NCBI GenBank assembly: GCA_016873895.1
Contig: VGVV01000001.1
Location: 287,286 to 351,285 of the forward strand
Direction: 5' to 3'
Length of the DNA: 64,000 nt
From: Ignavibacteria bacterium
GTDB lineage: Bacteria > Bacteroidota > Ignavibacteria > Kapaibacteriales > Kapaibacteriaceae
A program made the translations under genes and the position numbers. Positions 1 to 9,876 of this stretch are shown here, one piece after another (the stretch's first letter is position 1; every line of letters begins with the position of its first letter). The notes beneath the pieces are model-generated. The model saw only the letters and a list, made by a program, of their open reading frames with translations, was not told the DNA's origin and searched no databases.

Positions 1-2388
1 ACCAACACATCCAAAGATGTCAACTACAACGCAGTACACTGTGTCTGTAGCCTTCACCACGATTGTGCGGTCAGAGCCATAATTGCCACCAGCAAGTTGA
101 CCAAGCCATGTGTAAGAAGCATATCCTGCAGGAGCTGATATTACTACGCTATCGCCAGCGCAGAAGTTAGCATTGCCTGTAATAGTAAGCTTTGGACTTG
201 GAGCTGGGTTAACCGTTACTTCTACTTCAGCTGAAGCGCCAGTACAACCGTTATTGTCGGCTACAGTAACTGTGTAGTTACCAGACTTTGTTGCTGTGAT
301 TGATTGCGTACTTTCACCACTTGACCAGCGATAAGCATTGAAGCCTGCTGGAGCTGTAAGAACAACCGAACCGCCTTCGCAGAATGTTGTTGGACCGCTG
401 AGAGCGATTGTTGGCTGAGGTCCAGCAAGTACGTTCAGTGTAACAACATTTGATGCGTTTGAACATCCGTTACCATTTGTAACGATGCATGAATACTGAC
501 CCGACGTGCGCGCAACGATACAGCGAGCTGTTTCACCGGTGTTCCATACATAGCTTGTGAAGCCGATAGGTGCACAGATGGTGATGTCGCCTGTTGGGCA
601 GAATGTTGTTGGACCAGATACAGTAAGTGTTGCTGTTGGAAGCGCATTAACTGTTACGCTGTATGCGTTAGAAACAGCACAACCAAACGTGTTTGTTTCT
701 GTAACTGTAAGCGTTGCAGCTCCTGGGAGTGTCCATTCTACTGCAACATTTGGCGTGCCTTGACCGGCACGGATGAAGTTGCCGCCAGTGATTGTCCAGT
801 TGTATGCATTGCCTGGAACACCAGTTGTGCTGTAGTTTTCAACCTTGTTTTGGCAAACAACTGCTTGACCAGTTACGGCTGGAGTTGGTAGTGGGTTTAC
901 TGTAACATTCAGTGAACCTGATGTTGCACATCCAAAGCTCGATGTGTGCGCAAGGACTACAGTACCGGTAGTTGGACCGCCACCGTTTGACCATTGAACT
1001 GTAATCGATGATGTTCCTTGGCCAGAAATGATCGTGCCACCGTTAACTGTCCAAGCATAAGAAATCGTACCGGAACCGGCCGTCTGAGTTGGAATGCTAC
1101 TTGTGTACGTTACTGTGTTGTTTGTAGCAGGGTTCGTAGCAAGGTTGGTTGCACACACTACCGACGGGCCGCTAACTACTGGTGTAGGAGGCATCGGACG
1201 AACAATCGTGCTGATACCACTAGTTACTGCACATGTTCCAGCTGGAAGTACGTCGATAACGCCTTCTGTTACTTGAACGATACCGTTGTTCGTGTTGGGC
1301 CAGATTGGAGCAGTCCATGTTACGCGGACTGTACTAGCAGCTACCTGTGTGATGCTGCCACCGACTACTGACCAGCTATACGAGTTGCCGGTTACCTGAG
1401 CAGTTGTGTAATCATGCTGCGCATTTGAGCACGGATTCAGGTTACCAGTGATTACCGGAAGTGGCGTGCTGCAAATTTTAATTGAGTCAAGGTCTGTCGT
1501 GGCACAAACTGAACCAGGAACTGTCTCGCGGCATGCAACGGTACCAATACCTGCGTTACCCCACTGAACAGTGATGCCTACAGTGTTTTGACCTGAAAGA
1601 ATAGTACCGCCAGTAACCGTCCATTGGAATACGTTGCCCGGTGTAGCGCCGACGCTGTACGAATGTGTCGAGCTAGCGCAAACAATGCCTGGACGGCGTG
1701 TTGCTGGGTTACCGTATCCTGTTCCAGACTGTACATTTGGTGTTGGTACCGGATTAACAATAACGGTTGCTGATGCCGTTGCGCTACAAACCCCGCCAAC
1801 TGCAGTTTCTGTAACAGAAACTGTCGCGTTGCCAGTTTGGATCCAACGAACATTGATGAGGTTCGACCCCGGAGGCGTGCCACCGATGTTAACCCAGCTT
1901 CCTGCTGGAGATACAGACCATACGTAGTTGCTACCAGCAACTGCTGGAGTAGAGTAGGTTTGTTCCGAGTTAATGCACACAACGTTTGGACCACCAACAG
2001 CCGGAGTTGGCGTGCGGCTTACGGCAACGTCGATTGTTGCTGCCGTCACTGAGTTGTTGTTGTTGCGTGTGACCGTAAGAGTTTGGTTACCCTGATTCTG
2101 CCACTGAACAGTGATAGATGGTGTACCGTTACCAGTTACGAAGAAGCCACCAACAATCGTCCATGTGTATGACACACCACCACCAACACCAAGATTCTCA
2201 GTGTTGTACGTGATCTGTTGTCCTTCACAAGCTTGGTTAATGTTACCAGCTGGCGAGGCGCGATTAATCGTCTGTGCTGATACGTACGTCAGCGTACCGA
2301 CGGTGAATAGAACCGCCATCAACACAGAACGGAGCCAAAAAGCACCAGTCTGACGTGAAGACGAGAACGCGGAATCGAATCGATTCAT
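1..2388 (-). CDS. Large secreted surface protein with tandem Ig-like/PKD-like repeats. N-terminal part only; the 3' end runs off the window start.
   Basis: ATG at 2388 on the minus strand, preceded by GGAGGA (2392-2397). The reading frame stays open to position 1. The translation begins with a signal peptide (MNRFDSAFSSSRQTGAFWLRSVLMAVLFTVGTLTYVSAQ). It continues with about 85-aa repeats containing conserved Cys pairs and a recurring motif of the form C..GDSV.L.AP.G...Y.W....I.....G.Y.V.V.D.NGC. Confidence 0.75.
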   Translation of the reverse strand, partial: MNRFDSAFSSSRQTGAFWLRSVLMAVLFTVGTLTYVSAQTINRASPAGNINQACEGQQITYNTENLGVGGGVSYTWTIVGGFFVTGNGTPSITVQWQNQGNQTLTVTRNNNNSVTAATIDVAVSRTPTPAVGGPNVVCINSEQTYSTPAVAGSNYVWSVSPAGSWVNIGGTPPGSNLINVRWIQTGNATVSVTETAVGGVCSATASATVIVNPVPTPNVQSGTGYGNPATRRPGIVCASSTHSYSVGATPGNVFQWTVTGGTILSGQNTVGITVQWGNAGIGTVACRETVPGSVCATTDLDSIKICSTPLPVITGNLNPCSNAQHDYTTAQVTGNSYSWSVVGGSITQVAASTVRVTWTAPIWPNTNNGIVQVTEGVIDVLPAGTCAVTSGISTIVRPMPPTPVVSGPSVVCATNLATNPATNNTVTYTSSIPTQTAGSGTISYAWTVNGGTIISGQGTSSITVQWSNGGGPTTGTVVLAHTSSFGCATSGSLNVTVNPLPTPAVTGQAVVCQNKVENYSTTGVPGNAYNWTITGGNFIRAGQGTPNVAVEWTLPGAATLTVTETNTFGCAVSNAYSVTVNALPTATLTVSGPTTFCPTGDITICAPIGFTSYVWNTGETARCIVARTSGQYSCIVTNGNGCSNASNVVTLNVLAGPQPTIALSGPTTFCEGGSVVLTAPAGFNAYRWSSGESTQSITATKSGNYTVTVADNNGCTGASAEVEVTVNPAPSPKLTITGNANFCAGDSVVISAPAGYASYTWLGQLAGGNYGSDRTIVVKATDTVYCVVVDIFGCVG

Positions 2389-2625
2389 ACGATCCTCCAA
2401 ATAGAACGTTGAAATATTGTTATTCATGCTTTGTTATTCTTCTTCGAAATGTTTCCTACATAAAATGCACACGGTTGCCCATCGGGCATCCGCACATCTC
2501 CGCGAAAATATACCACCAACGGCTATCTGCCAAACCTATTACGATAGTAGTTAGGAGTGCAGAGATTCCTAAGGCATATACTTTTCAACAGGAATCACCA
2601 ATCAAGTGCCGTGCCAAAAAAAACA

Positions 2626-3630
2626 TTACTGACGTTTGCTGCGCATTTCAGCTACGAACTGCCATAGTTGCTCCACGAGCTCTTTAACGGCAAATCCTGA
2701 TACTGATGAAACAACAGAGGCCTTGTACTTCTTAGCAAAGGGGCTACTCTGGATCTCATCAGTGAGTTCCGGACCCAGAATATCACCCTTTGTAATTCGC
2801 ACAAGCCATGGTTTTTCAAGTAGTTGGGGAGAATGTGCACCCAGCTCAGCGCGCAAGACCTCTAAGTCGTGCTCGGGATCCAATGACTGCGCATCGATCA
2901 AGAAAAGGAGTACAGCTGTACGTTCTATATGACGCAAGAACTGTGTTCCAAGTCCCTTACCCTCGTGCGCACCCTCGATAAGTCCGGGTATATCGGCAAT
3001 AGTAAAACTACGGTATTCACCGGCCCGTACCAGCCCCAGATTTGGCACAAGTGTTGTGAAGGGGTAAATCGCAATCTTTGGCTTTGCAGCAGATACGGCA
3101 GAAATAAATGTGCTCTTGCCCGCATTGGGGAAGCCAACCAATCCAACATCAGCTAAGAGCTTTAGCTCTAATTCAAGGGTTGCTTCCTCCCCCGGTGTTC
3201 CGGGGTCTGCCATTCGTGGGGCCTGATTTATTGATGTAACGAACTCAGAATTCCCGCGCCCGCCGCGTCCGCCGCGTGCCACGATGTATTGTTCTTCGTG
3301 CTCGGTCAGATCCGCGATTTGCTCACCTGTTTCGCGATCGCACACAACAGTTCCAACGGGCACCCGGATAACTGTATCGTTACCGCTTCTGCCAGTGCAA
3401 TTACTCTTTCCTCCATGCGCGCCATTCTCTGCGTTATAATGACGCTGATATGTAAAGTCGAGCAAGGTGCCTAACTGCTTATCTGCCTTAACAACGACGT
3501 TGCCGCCATTGCCGCCGTTACCACCATCTGGCCCACCTTTGGGTACATACTTCTCACGGCGAAATGAAATGTGACCTGCCCCGCCATCACCGGCCTTGAC
3601 CTGAATCCAGGCCGTGTCGATGAAATTCAT
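2626..3630 (-). CDS. obg: GTPase Obg/CgtA
   Basis: Obg fold N-terminus (MNFIDTAWIQVKAGDGGAGHISFRREKY, glycine-rich GGxGG repeats), G1 motif GFPNAGKST, and a TGS-like C-terminal region. 334 aa. Confidence 0.95.
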   Translation of the reverse strand: MNFIDTAWIQVKAGDGGAGHISFRREKYVPKGGPDGGNGGNGGNVVVKADKQLGTLLDFTYQRHYNAENGAHGGKSNCTGRSGNDTVIRVPVGTVVCDRETGEQIADLTEHEEQYIVARGGRGGRGNSEFVTSINQAPRMADPGTPGEEATLELELKLLADVGLVGFPNAGKSTFISAVSAAKPKIAIYPFTTLVPNLGLVRAGEYRSFTIADIPGLIEGAHEGKGLGTQFLRHIERTAVLLFLIDAQSLDPEHDLEVLRAELGAHSPQLLEKPWLVRITKGDILGPELTDEIQSSPFAKKYKASVVSSVSGFAVKELVEQLWQFVAEMRSKRQ

Positions 3631-4802
3631 GCAATACTCCTATGTAGCGCTTGTGCAAACTCCATCGCCACAGCACTGTCGGGATGAGTACCATTTTTTG
3701 CATAGAATCGGTCTACAACGCTAGCTGCCTCTTTCCACGTAGGGCACAGTAGAATTTCACGAACAAGTTCATTGAACATGTTGGCATTATCGTTGAAGAT
3801 CTTGCGTATAACCTTCGAACGTGCTTCATCATCTAGCAGCTGGGCAAGTTTCTCGCGGCGCACCTGCAAGACATCAGCATCGGGACTGGTAGGCTCTGCT
3901 TCCGGAGCTTCCACACTTTCGTTCTGCTCTGCAGCAACAGAATCATGATAAATCACTGGCTCTACGTGTGGCTCTTGTACACCTTCATCGATTGTTGCTA
4001 TAACCGCATCAATGACTTCCATGAACTTTGAGCGTGTCAAAGCCCGCAGCTCCTCACGATACAGCATGCGCTCGAGTGCCTGCGATAGTGGTACGGCCCC
4101 TTTGTCGTCGAGAAAGATGATAACGGCTTCGGTAGGCACTGTCTCAGGGGGCAAATCAGGATTCACATCCGAAAAGTACTGATACATCGGCTCGAGAAGC
4201 TGCACAAACTCTTCCTGCGATAGGTCAAGAATTGCGTCATTGTCAATCTTCTCGATAATGCGCTCAAACTCGACAACACTCAGGATCTCATTAACTGAGA
4301 CGTCACCACGACCCGCAGCCCAGGTTCTGATACCCTCTAGCAAATAATCGTGATCACTGAGATAGCTCAACCGAAGTAGCACCTCATACAGGGGCTTGGT
4401 TGGCTCGCCCCGAAAGACAAACCATTTTAATGTTGTCCGCGGCCTACACAGAAAGTTCAACCGCGTCTTTGTAGCTGCTTCAATCGTGGCAAGAAGTTCT
4501 TCGTGGTCAAATCTTGCATGCTGCAGATACAATGTATCAAGACGTTCCAGTGCTTGTCGAACCTCGGATGCACTGTTGTCGAAACGAGGATTCGATGAAC
4601 GAATCGCCCTCTCCTCATGCAACCACCATTGAACCTCTGCATTGAAGTACATCCTGTATGCTGGATGTATCTCTTGATTGGCTACAATGGTATGCAGGGC
4701 TGTATACGACTGACGCGACTCGAGCTGCTGCTCGAGCTGTTTGCGAACGCGTTCTAATTCCTTTTCAAACATGCTTTTCGTTTGTTCTTGCCGAATGAGC
4801 AC
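3627..4802 (-). CDS. Conserved hypothetical protein, 391 aa, acidic.
   Basis: Long ORF on the obg strand. Its stop overlaps the obg start by 4 nt, which suggests translational coupling. No recognisable catalytic motif. Confidence 0.7.
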   Translation of the reverse strand: MLIRQEQTKSMFEKELERVRKQLEQQLESRQSYTALHTIVANQEIHPAYRMYFNAEVQWWLHEERAIRSSNPRFDNSASEVRQALERLDTLYLQHARFDHEELLATIEAATKTRLNFLCRPRTTLKWFVFRGEPTKPLYEVLLRLSYLSDHDYLLEGIRTWAAGRGDVSVNEILSVVEFERIIEKIDNDAILDLSQEEFVQLLEPMYQYFSDVNPDLPPETVPTEAVIIFLDDKGAVPLSQALERMLYREELRALTRSKFMEVIDAVIATIDEGVQEPHVEPVIYHDSVAAEQNESVEAPEAEPTSPDADVLQVRREKLAQLLDDEARSKVIRKIFNDNANMFNELVREILLCPTWKEAASVVDRFYAKNGTHPDSAVAMEFAQALHRSIA

Positions 4803-4820
4803 AAGATACTGACTAGCCGT

Positions 4821-6167
4821 TCAACCGAACAATTCGGACAGCACAGTAGACAACCTGTCTAATCCTCGCAGCACTGCCGACGAAGCACTGGGATCGGGCG
4901 CAGAGTAAACCTTATCTAAACCAAGTCGGGCCGCTTCTGATAATCGTTGATCAAGGTACGGCACTCTTCGGATCTCACCGGTTAAGCCCAGCTCGCCTAC
5001 AAATGCAATGCCCTGCGGTATTGCTCTGTCTAACACACTGCTAACTACGGCAGCAGCTACTCCAAGATCTATTGCTGGGTCTTGAACAGCAATACCCCCG
5101 GCCACATTTACGAAAACATCGCTTTGGCGCACCAGTATGCCCCCTCGCTTCTCCAGAATAGCCAGAATCATCTGCAAGCGTCGAGCATCATATCCCGTGC
5201 TTACGCGCTGTGGTTGAGAATACCCTGTAGGAGAAACAAGCGCCTGAACCTCGAGCAGCAGGGGCCGGGTACCCTCCATCACTGCAACAACAGCCGTTCC
5301 GGAATCATGCGTGCTGCGCTGCGAAAGCAACACCTCACTCGGATTCAGCACTTCGTGCAGTCCATCAGACCGCATGTCGAACACTCCGAGCTCATTCGTA
5401 GAGCCATAGCGGTTCTTGAGCGCACGTAGCACACGGTAGGAATACATGCCATCTCCTTCGAACTGCAGTACTGCGTCAACCATGTGCTCCAGAACCTTTG
5501 GTCCAGCAATCATCCCGTCTTTGGTTACGTGTCCGATGATAAACAAGGGAACACCAGAGCTCTTTGCAACCTTCGTCAACAATGCCGTACACTCACGCAC
5601 CTGTGCAACGCTTCCGGCAGAAGACTCCAGCATTTCCGTAGTAATGGTCTGCACAGAATCAACAATTACAAAGGATGGCTTGTCGCGATTAATGATGGCC
5701 GCAATACGCTCTACATTTGTCTCAGCCGCCACGAGTACGTTGTGAACAGGCACGCCAAGACGTTCGGCGCGCTGACGCAGCTGAAACAAGCTTTCTTCAC
5801 CGGTAACGTATAAGCATGGGGCTTGCAATGCCTGCAATGAGATGTTTGATGCTACCTGTAGCATGAGCGTGCTCTTACCCATTCCAGGATCGCCCCCTAC
5901 CAGCACAACGCTGCCAGGGACAACTCCTCCACCAACTACTCTGTCGAGTTCAGACATACCTGTGGTGATTCGAACTGTGCCCTCATGTGAAACAGCATCA
6001 AGGCGCTGGGTCTGCACAGCTAGCGCACCCTTCGAAGCTATCTTTGACTGCGACTGCTCCACTTCTTCGACCATCGACTCCCAAGCACCACACCCGGGAC
6101 ACTTACCAACCCATTTGGGAGTTGAATATCCACATGCTGAACAGCGATATAGGGTGCGTATCTTCAT
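4821..6167 (-). CDS. radA: DNA repair protein RadA/Sms
   Basis: N-terminal C4 zinc finger (YRCSACGYSTPKWVGKCPGCGAW), Walker A GDPGMGKSTL, KNRYG motif and a Lon-like C-terminal domain. Confidence 0.95.
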   Translation of the reverse strand: MKIRTLYRCSACGYSTPKWVGKCPGCGAWESMVEEVEQSQSKIASKGALAVQTQRLDAVSHEGTVRITTGMSELDRVVGGGVVPGSVVLVGGDPGMGKSTLMLQVASNISLQALQAPCLYVTGEESLFQLRQRAERLGVPVHNVLVAAETNVERIAAIINRDKPSFVIVDSVQTITTEMLESSAGSVAQVRECTALLTKVAKSSGVPLFIIGHVTKDGMIAGPKVLEHMVDAVLQFEGDGMYSYRVLRALKNRYGSTNELGVFDMRSDGLHEVLNPSEVLLSQRSTHDSGTAVVAVMEGTRPLLLEVQALVSPTGYSQPQRVSTGYDARRLQMILAILEKRGGILVRQSDVFVNVAGGIAVQDPAIDLGVAAAVVSSVLDRAIPQGIAFVGELGLTGEIRRVPYLDQRLSEAARLGLDKVYSAPDPSASSAVLRGLDRLSTVLSELFG

Positions 6168-6188
6168 GGAGGTAAAAAGCCGAATGTT

Positions 6189-7148
6189 GTGTTATCAAAG
6201 CTAGGAAATGTTCGCCGCGTGAGCGCTACACCAACGATAGAACAGGCATATGAAGTATGCAGAATGGTAACGAAGACACATGCAAAGACCTTCTATGCTG
6301 CGTCTCATTTTATTTCGCCATCAAAGCGGGATGCGTGCTATGCTGTGTATGCGTTTTGTCGATACGTGGACGACCTAATAGACGTAGCAATGGAGCGCGG
6401 GGAGTTGTCACGCGAAGATGCCGTAGCACTCGTCGAGCATTGGCGCTCTGATGTTGCGGCATTATATGATAGCGCCGCACAACGAGATTCAACTGATCCA
6501 GCCTACAGAGACAGAGAAGATGTGTTGCGAGCCTGGGAGCACACCTTGCAGCAGTACCATATCCCCCGAAACCTGCCAAATGAGCTGATCGAGGGTGTAC
6601 TGATGGACACCACGATCACGCGGTTTGCAACCTTCGACCACCTCAAGGAATACTGTTACAAAGTAGCCTCCGTAGTCGGACTGATGACGAGCGAGATTTT
6701 TGGCTACTCATCTCAGGACGCCCTTCCTCGAGCCGTTGACCTTGGCATTGCCATGCAACTCACAAACATCATTCGCGATGTGAAAGAGGATGCGGATAGG
6801 GGCAGGATTTACCTGTCACAAGAAGACATGCAAAGATTTGGTGTACGTGAAGAAGATGTGCTGCAGCACAGGATGACACCTGAACTACGCTCTCTACTGA
6901 TAGAGTATGTACGACGTGCAGATGAATTCTACACCTCTGCAGACAAAGGAATTGCTCTTCTTCATCCAGATAGTATGCTCACCGTTCTGCTCATGAGTCG
7001 TAACTATCAGAAAATTTTACGCGTGGTAGAGAACATGAACTACGATGTCTTTTCTCGGCGTGCTAGCACGAGCATGCTAGCAAAACTCTTTGCCGTACCC
7101 TCAGCATTCGTAGAATCTCGTAGAATACGCAGACGCTCTCAAGCGTAA
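6189..7148 (+). CDS. crtB: Squalene/phytoene synthase family protein (CrtB-like).
   Basis: Motifs of trans-isoprenyl diphosphate synthase head-to-head enzymes (AKTFYAASHFIS, YAFCRYVDDLIDV, YCYKVASVVGLM, IIRDVKEDADRGRIYLSQEDM). 319 aa. The crtB symbol is tentative. Confidence 0.8.
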   Translation: MLSKLGNVRRVSATPTIEQAYEVCRMVTKTHAKTFYAASHFISPSKRDACYAVYAFCRYVDDLIDVAMERGELSREDAVALVEHWRSDVAALYDSAAQRDSTDPAYRDREDVLRAWEHTLQQYHIPRNLPNELIEGVLMDTTITRFATFDHLKEYCYKVASVVGLMTSEIFGYSSQDALPRAVDLGIAMQLTNIIRDVKEDADRGRIYLSQEDMQRFGVREEDVLQHRMTPELRSLLIEYVRRADEFYTSADKGIALLHPDSMLTVLLMSRNYQKILRVVENMNYDVFSRRASTSMLAKLFAVPSAFVESRRIRRRSQA

Positions 7149-7981
7149 TGGTATCGTGCAGATGTGATGGTGAAGTGGCCGTAATCAAAATCGCCCGTTT
7201 CAAGATTCCAAATAAAATCTACCTGTGTAGGAATCTTCACACCATCGAACTCTTTGTAACTCGAGCATACCATAGTAAAGCTTGCTTGCTCAAACCCACT
7301 TTTATGATCTCGATATTTATCTGAGGTTGTGATACGTTCGATTTCATTGTCTTGATTGAAATGGAACATGGCGCTAACCCTTGTTGGGCCATCAGTGATA
7401 ACAGCCTTTGCTGTTGCGTCATCGATTGGCTCCCAACGCAGCGTCTTCGTAGGCAAGAAGGCTGTCGGTATCCATACAACCTCACTCAGCAAACGAAACA
7501 ACATCGACGTATCTGTCTCCGGTCCATGAAGCTCTTGCGTTGTAAATGCACCAAGAAACTTGATGTGGCCATGGGCCTCTCCCTGCACATAACTTAGCTT
7601 GGCTGTTCGCCGAATACCACCTTTGTGTATCAATACAGCATCCCAAACCCAGCCAGGCTCCATCCCTGAGATAATCTCACGAGCCTTAACACGAAACCAG
7701 GGGCGTTCTGGACCATGTCGAAACGTAGCGCGCTGCTCAAGGACTGCATATCGAATGGCTGGATGATTTTCACTGATTACATGCAGCAGATATCTCTGTA
7801 CAGGTGCAGGCAAGGACGTAATCTGCTCACGAGAAAAACTCGGCAGACTCTCTTTGCTGATGGTCTTAATCAGTTTCCGTTTATATCTCGAGACAAACAC
7901 ACGGGAAACAAGTGCGCTACCCAGCACCAACACAAGAAGCGTTGCTGCTCCACCCAAGATGATATAAAGGAGTTTGTCCAT
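7139..7981 (-). CDS. Hypothetical membrane-anchored protein, 280 aa.
   Basis: N-terminal TM helix (LLYIILGGAATLLVLVLGSALV) followed by a soluble domain. No known motifs. Its 3' end converges on crtB with a 10 nt overlap. Confidence 0.6.
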   Translation of the reverse strand: MDKLLYIILGGAATLLVLVLGSALVSRVFVSRYKRKLIKTISKESLPSFSREQITSLPAPVQRYLLHVISENHPAIRYAVLEQRATFRHGPERPWFRVKAREIISGMEPGWVWDAVLIHKGGIRRTAKLSYVQGEAHGHIKFLGAFTTQELHGPETDTSMLFRLLSEVVWIPTAFLPTKTLRWEPIDDATAKAVITDGPTRVSAMFHFNQDNEIERITTSDKYRDHKSGFEQASFTMVCSSYKEFDGVKIPTQVDFIWNLETGDFDYGHFTITSARYHYA

Positions 7982-7987
7982 AATCTT

Positions 7988-9361
7988 CTACGAAGATCGC
8001 CGTAGTTCCCAAGCCGCTATTTTGCTCGACGCCGAAGTTACCAACTGCGACGCAGCAATAGCAAGTACAAGAAGTGGCACTACCTTAAACATACCTCGAC
8101 GCAGTGTCTGCTCTACAATGGCAGCACTAAAGATTGTTCCTGCGAGCCACAAACCAAGCATAACCGCAGCAATCCACGTACTCAATATCACAGAGAAAGT
8201 CCGCCGATAGGCTACCACGTTAGCAAACATCACAGCACCAAACAGCCAAACGATTATTCCCCAGAGATCAACTCGTAAGACAACATTCGTACACGTAAGT
8301 ACTATCACGTCCCAGAATCGACCAAAACTAAATCCAACCAACTGATCTGCACTTGAAGGTCTTACCGGTAAATAGACGTTGAAGAACAGTACATGCCACA
8401 AGGCAAACGTGATAAAACTCACACCAATGATTGTGGCCACCATTCTCATAGCCTTAACAGATCCAAAGGCGTTCTTCAACCGCATAAACGTGAGTCCACA
8501 ACCAAGAACAATCAACAAGGGGGCTTCTGTCCGCGACCACGCAGCTGCCGCAAAGAATACTGCACTCGACCAGATCATTGGTGCAATGGACCGCTCAGCC
8601 CCATTCCAAAACAGATATACTCCGCAAACAATGAACACTGCATTTACATAATCAGTCTGTAACAGATATGTGTATCCAAACATTTCAGGTGTGAGCAGAA
8701 ATAGCAAGTACAGCACCGAGGCTACAGTGGGGTGAACGAGTTGTCGTAGTGCAGCCCACATGAAGATTGAGAACAACACAGCAACAATGCCAACCCATAC
8801 TTGATTGTGCGTAAAGCCAATAAGCTTCATGATCACCTGCATAAGCATGGTGAAGGGGGCGTAGAATGGCTGGTTTGATAGCTGCCCCTGAAGCGATGGG
8901 TGTGTAAAGACTTGATTAACAATCGTATGGTCTACTACCGTATACGTAGCTACGAGATCAATACCCGCCATTGCATCAAATGGTGTTACGGGCCAATAGA
9001 AACTGGCCCACATGATCATGTAAAAAATATATCCAGAGAATCCTATAACTGGAATGTCGTAGAGACCAATTCCTCTAGGTGGAATCGTACGCAGGTGGCG
9101 CACAAGATCGCGAGTAGTCTTCCACATCGGCAGGGTGCACAAAACACCCAAAATTGCTGAACGGAACATGCTGGTTGCCGTGAGTGGCACTCCGACAAGG
9201 TCGCATCCAAAGAACAGCATACTGTGAATAAACATGCCTGCGAATACCGACAATATCGCAGTAATAGTTTTCGTGGTTCTAAGCCCCAGAGCTCCCAGTA
9301 CCGACCCGCCCATGATCAGATGCATTAGCAACACGAACGGCAAACCAAATTCGGATGGCAT
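7988..9361 (-). CDS. Polytopic integral membrane protein, about 12 TM, 457 aa. Possibly a lipid-linked glycosyltransferase-like fold.
   Basis: Many hydrophobic helices rich in aromatic residues. Its start overlaps the stop of the upstream gene by 1 nt. No diagnostic catalytic motif was found. Confidence 0.6.
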   Translation of the reverse strand: MPSEFGLPFVLLMHLIMGGSVLGALGLRTTKTITAILSVFAGMFIHSMLFFGCDLVGVPLTATSMFRSAILGVLCTLPMWKTTRDLVRHLRTIPPRGIGLYDIPVIGFSGYIFYMIMWASFYWPVTPFDAMAGIDLVATYTVVDHTIVNQVFTHPSLQGQLSNQPFYAPFTMLMQVIMKLIGFTHNQVWVGIVAVLFSIFMWAALRQLVHPTVASVLYLLFLLTPEMFGYTYLLQTDYVNAVFIVCGVYLFWNGAERSIAPMIWSSAVFFAAAAWSRTEAPLLIVLGCGLTFMRLKNAFGSVKAMRMVATIIGVSFITFALWHVLFFNVYLPVRPSSADQLVGFSFGRFWDVIVLTCTNVVLRVDLWGIIVWLFGAVMFANVVAYRRTFSVILSTWIAAVMLGLWLAGTIFSAAIVEQTLRRGMFKVVPLLVLAIAASQLVTSASSKIAAWELRRSS

Positions 9362-9864
9362 TACCTACTCCATTCATATTCGTGTATCAACGAGTCGATG
9401 TTGGTTTGTCCGCCGGGCCTGGTAATCCAGATAGAACTTGGTTCGAGCGCAATAAATGCATTCGCATGCTTCCTGCGCGCTGTATCTGTCCATGCAACCA
9501 CATTCCGAAAACCGATCAACCATGTAAGAATCCGAGGGTCGGTCCAGGTAACTGCTGTTTCCATGTATCGCTTCGCATATGCTTGGGGCGGAAGTAACAA
9601 TGTATCAGTTGGCCGAAGCTTGCTGTCTATATACTCTGCTACAGACAAATTGGCCATTTGGCGCATAAAGATGCGCTCGCGGATGCTACGGATTTTATTG
9701 AGCGAGTCTAGCTTAGATCTGTACAACTCAACACGAGACTCATACGATTGCGCATAGGGGTTATCATTGATGGCAGGGCCCAACAAGAGCAACAGTATGA
9801 ACACAACGGCTGCAGTTAAGTATACAGCCGGGACTGAAAAAAAGGCTGGTCGTTCGGTGTTCAT
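9361..9864 (-). CDS. Hypothetical protein with an N-terminal TM anchor, 167 aa.
   Basis: ORF directly downstream (12 bp) of atpG on the same strand. It carries a TM segment, AVYLTAAVVFILLLLLG. Confidence 0.55.
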   Translation of the reverse strand: MNTERPAFFSVPAVYLTAAVVFILLLLLGPAINDNPYAQSYESRVELYRSKLDSLNKIRSIRERIFMRQMANLSVAEYIDSKLRPTDTLLLPPQAYAKRYMETAVTWTDPRILTWLIGFRNVVAWTDTARRKHANAFIALEPSSIWITRPGGQTNIDSLIHEYEWSR

Positions 9865-9876
9865 TGCGGCGATACG

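Noticed and set aside
435-2353. Many short plus- and minus-strand ORFs (60-140 aa) listed by the track in the first 2.4 kb.
   Set aside because: They are alternative frames of one long minus-strand repeat-protein gene. That gene runs off the window edge and is absent from the track because it has no in-window stop. Their repetitive Thr/Val/Gly-rich translations mirror the repeat structure.
2389-2625. Possible rho-independent terminator for obg and a promoter for the repeat-protein gene in the 237-bp spacer.
   Set aside because: Only short hairpins of 4 bp or less (gctg...cagc, gccc...gggc) and an A8 run were found. No convincing hairpin plus U-tract or clear -33/-7 elements could be placed by eye.
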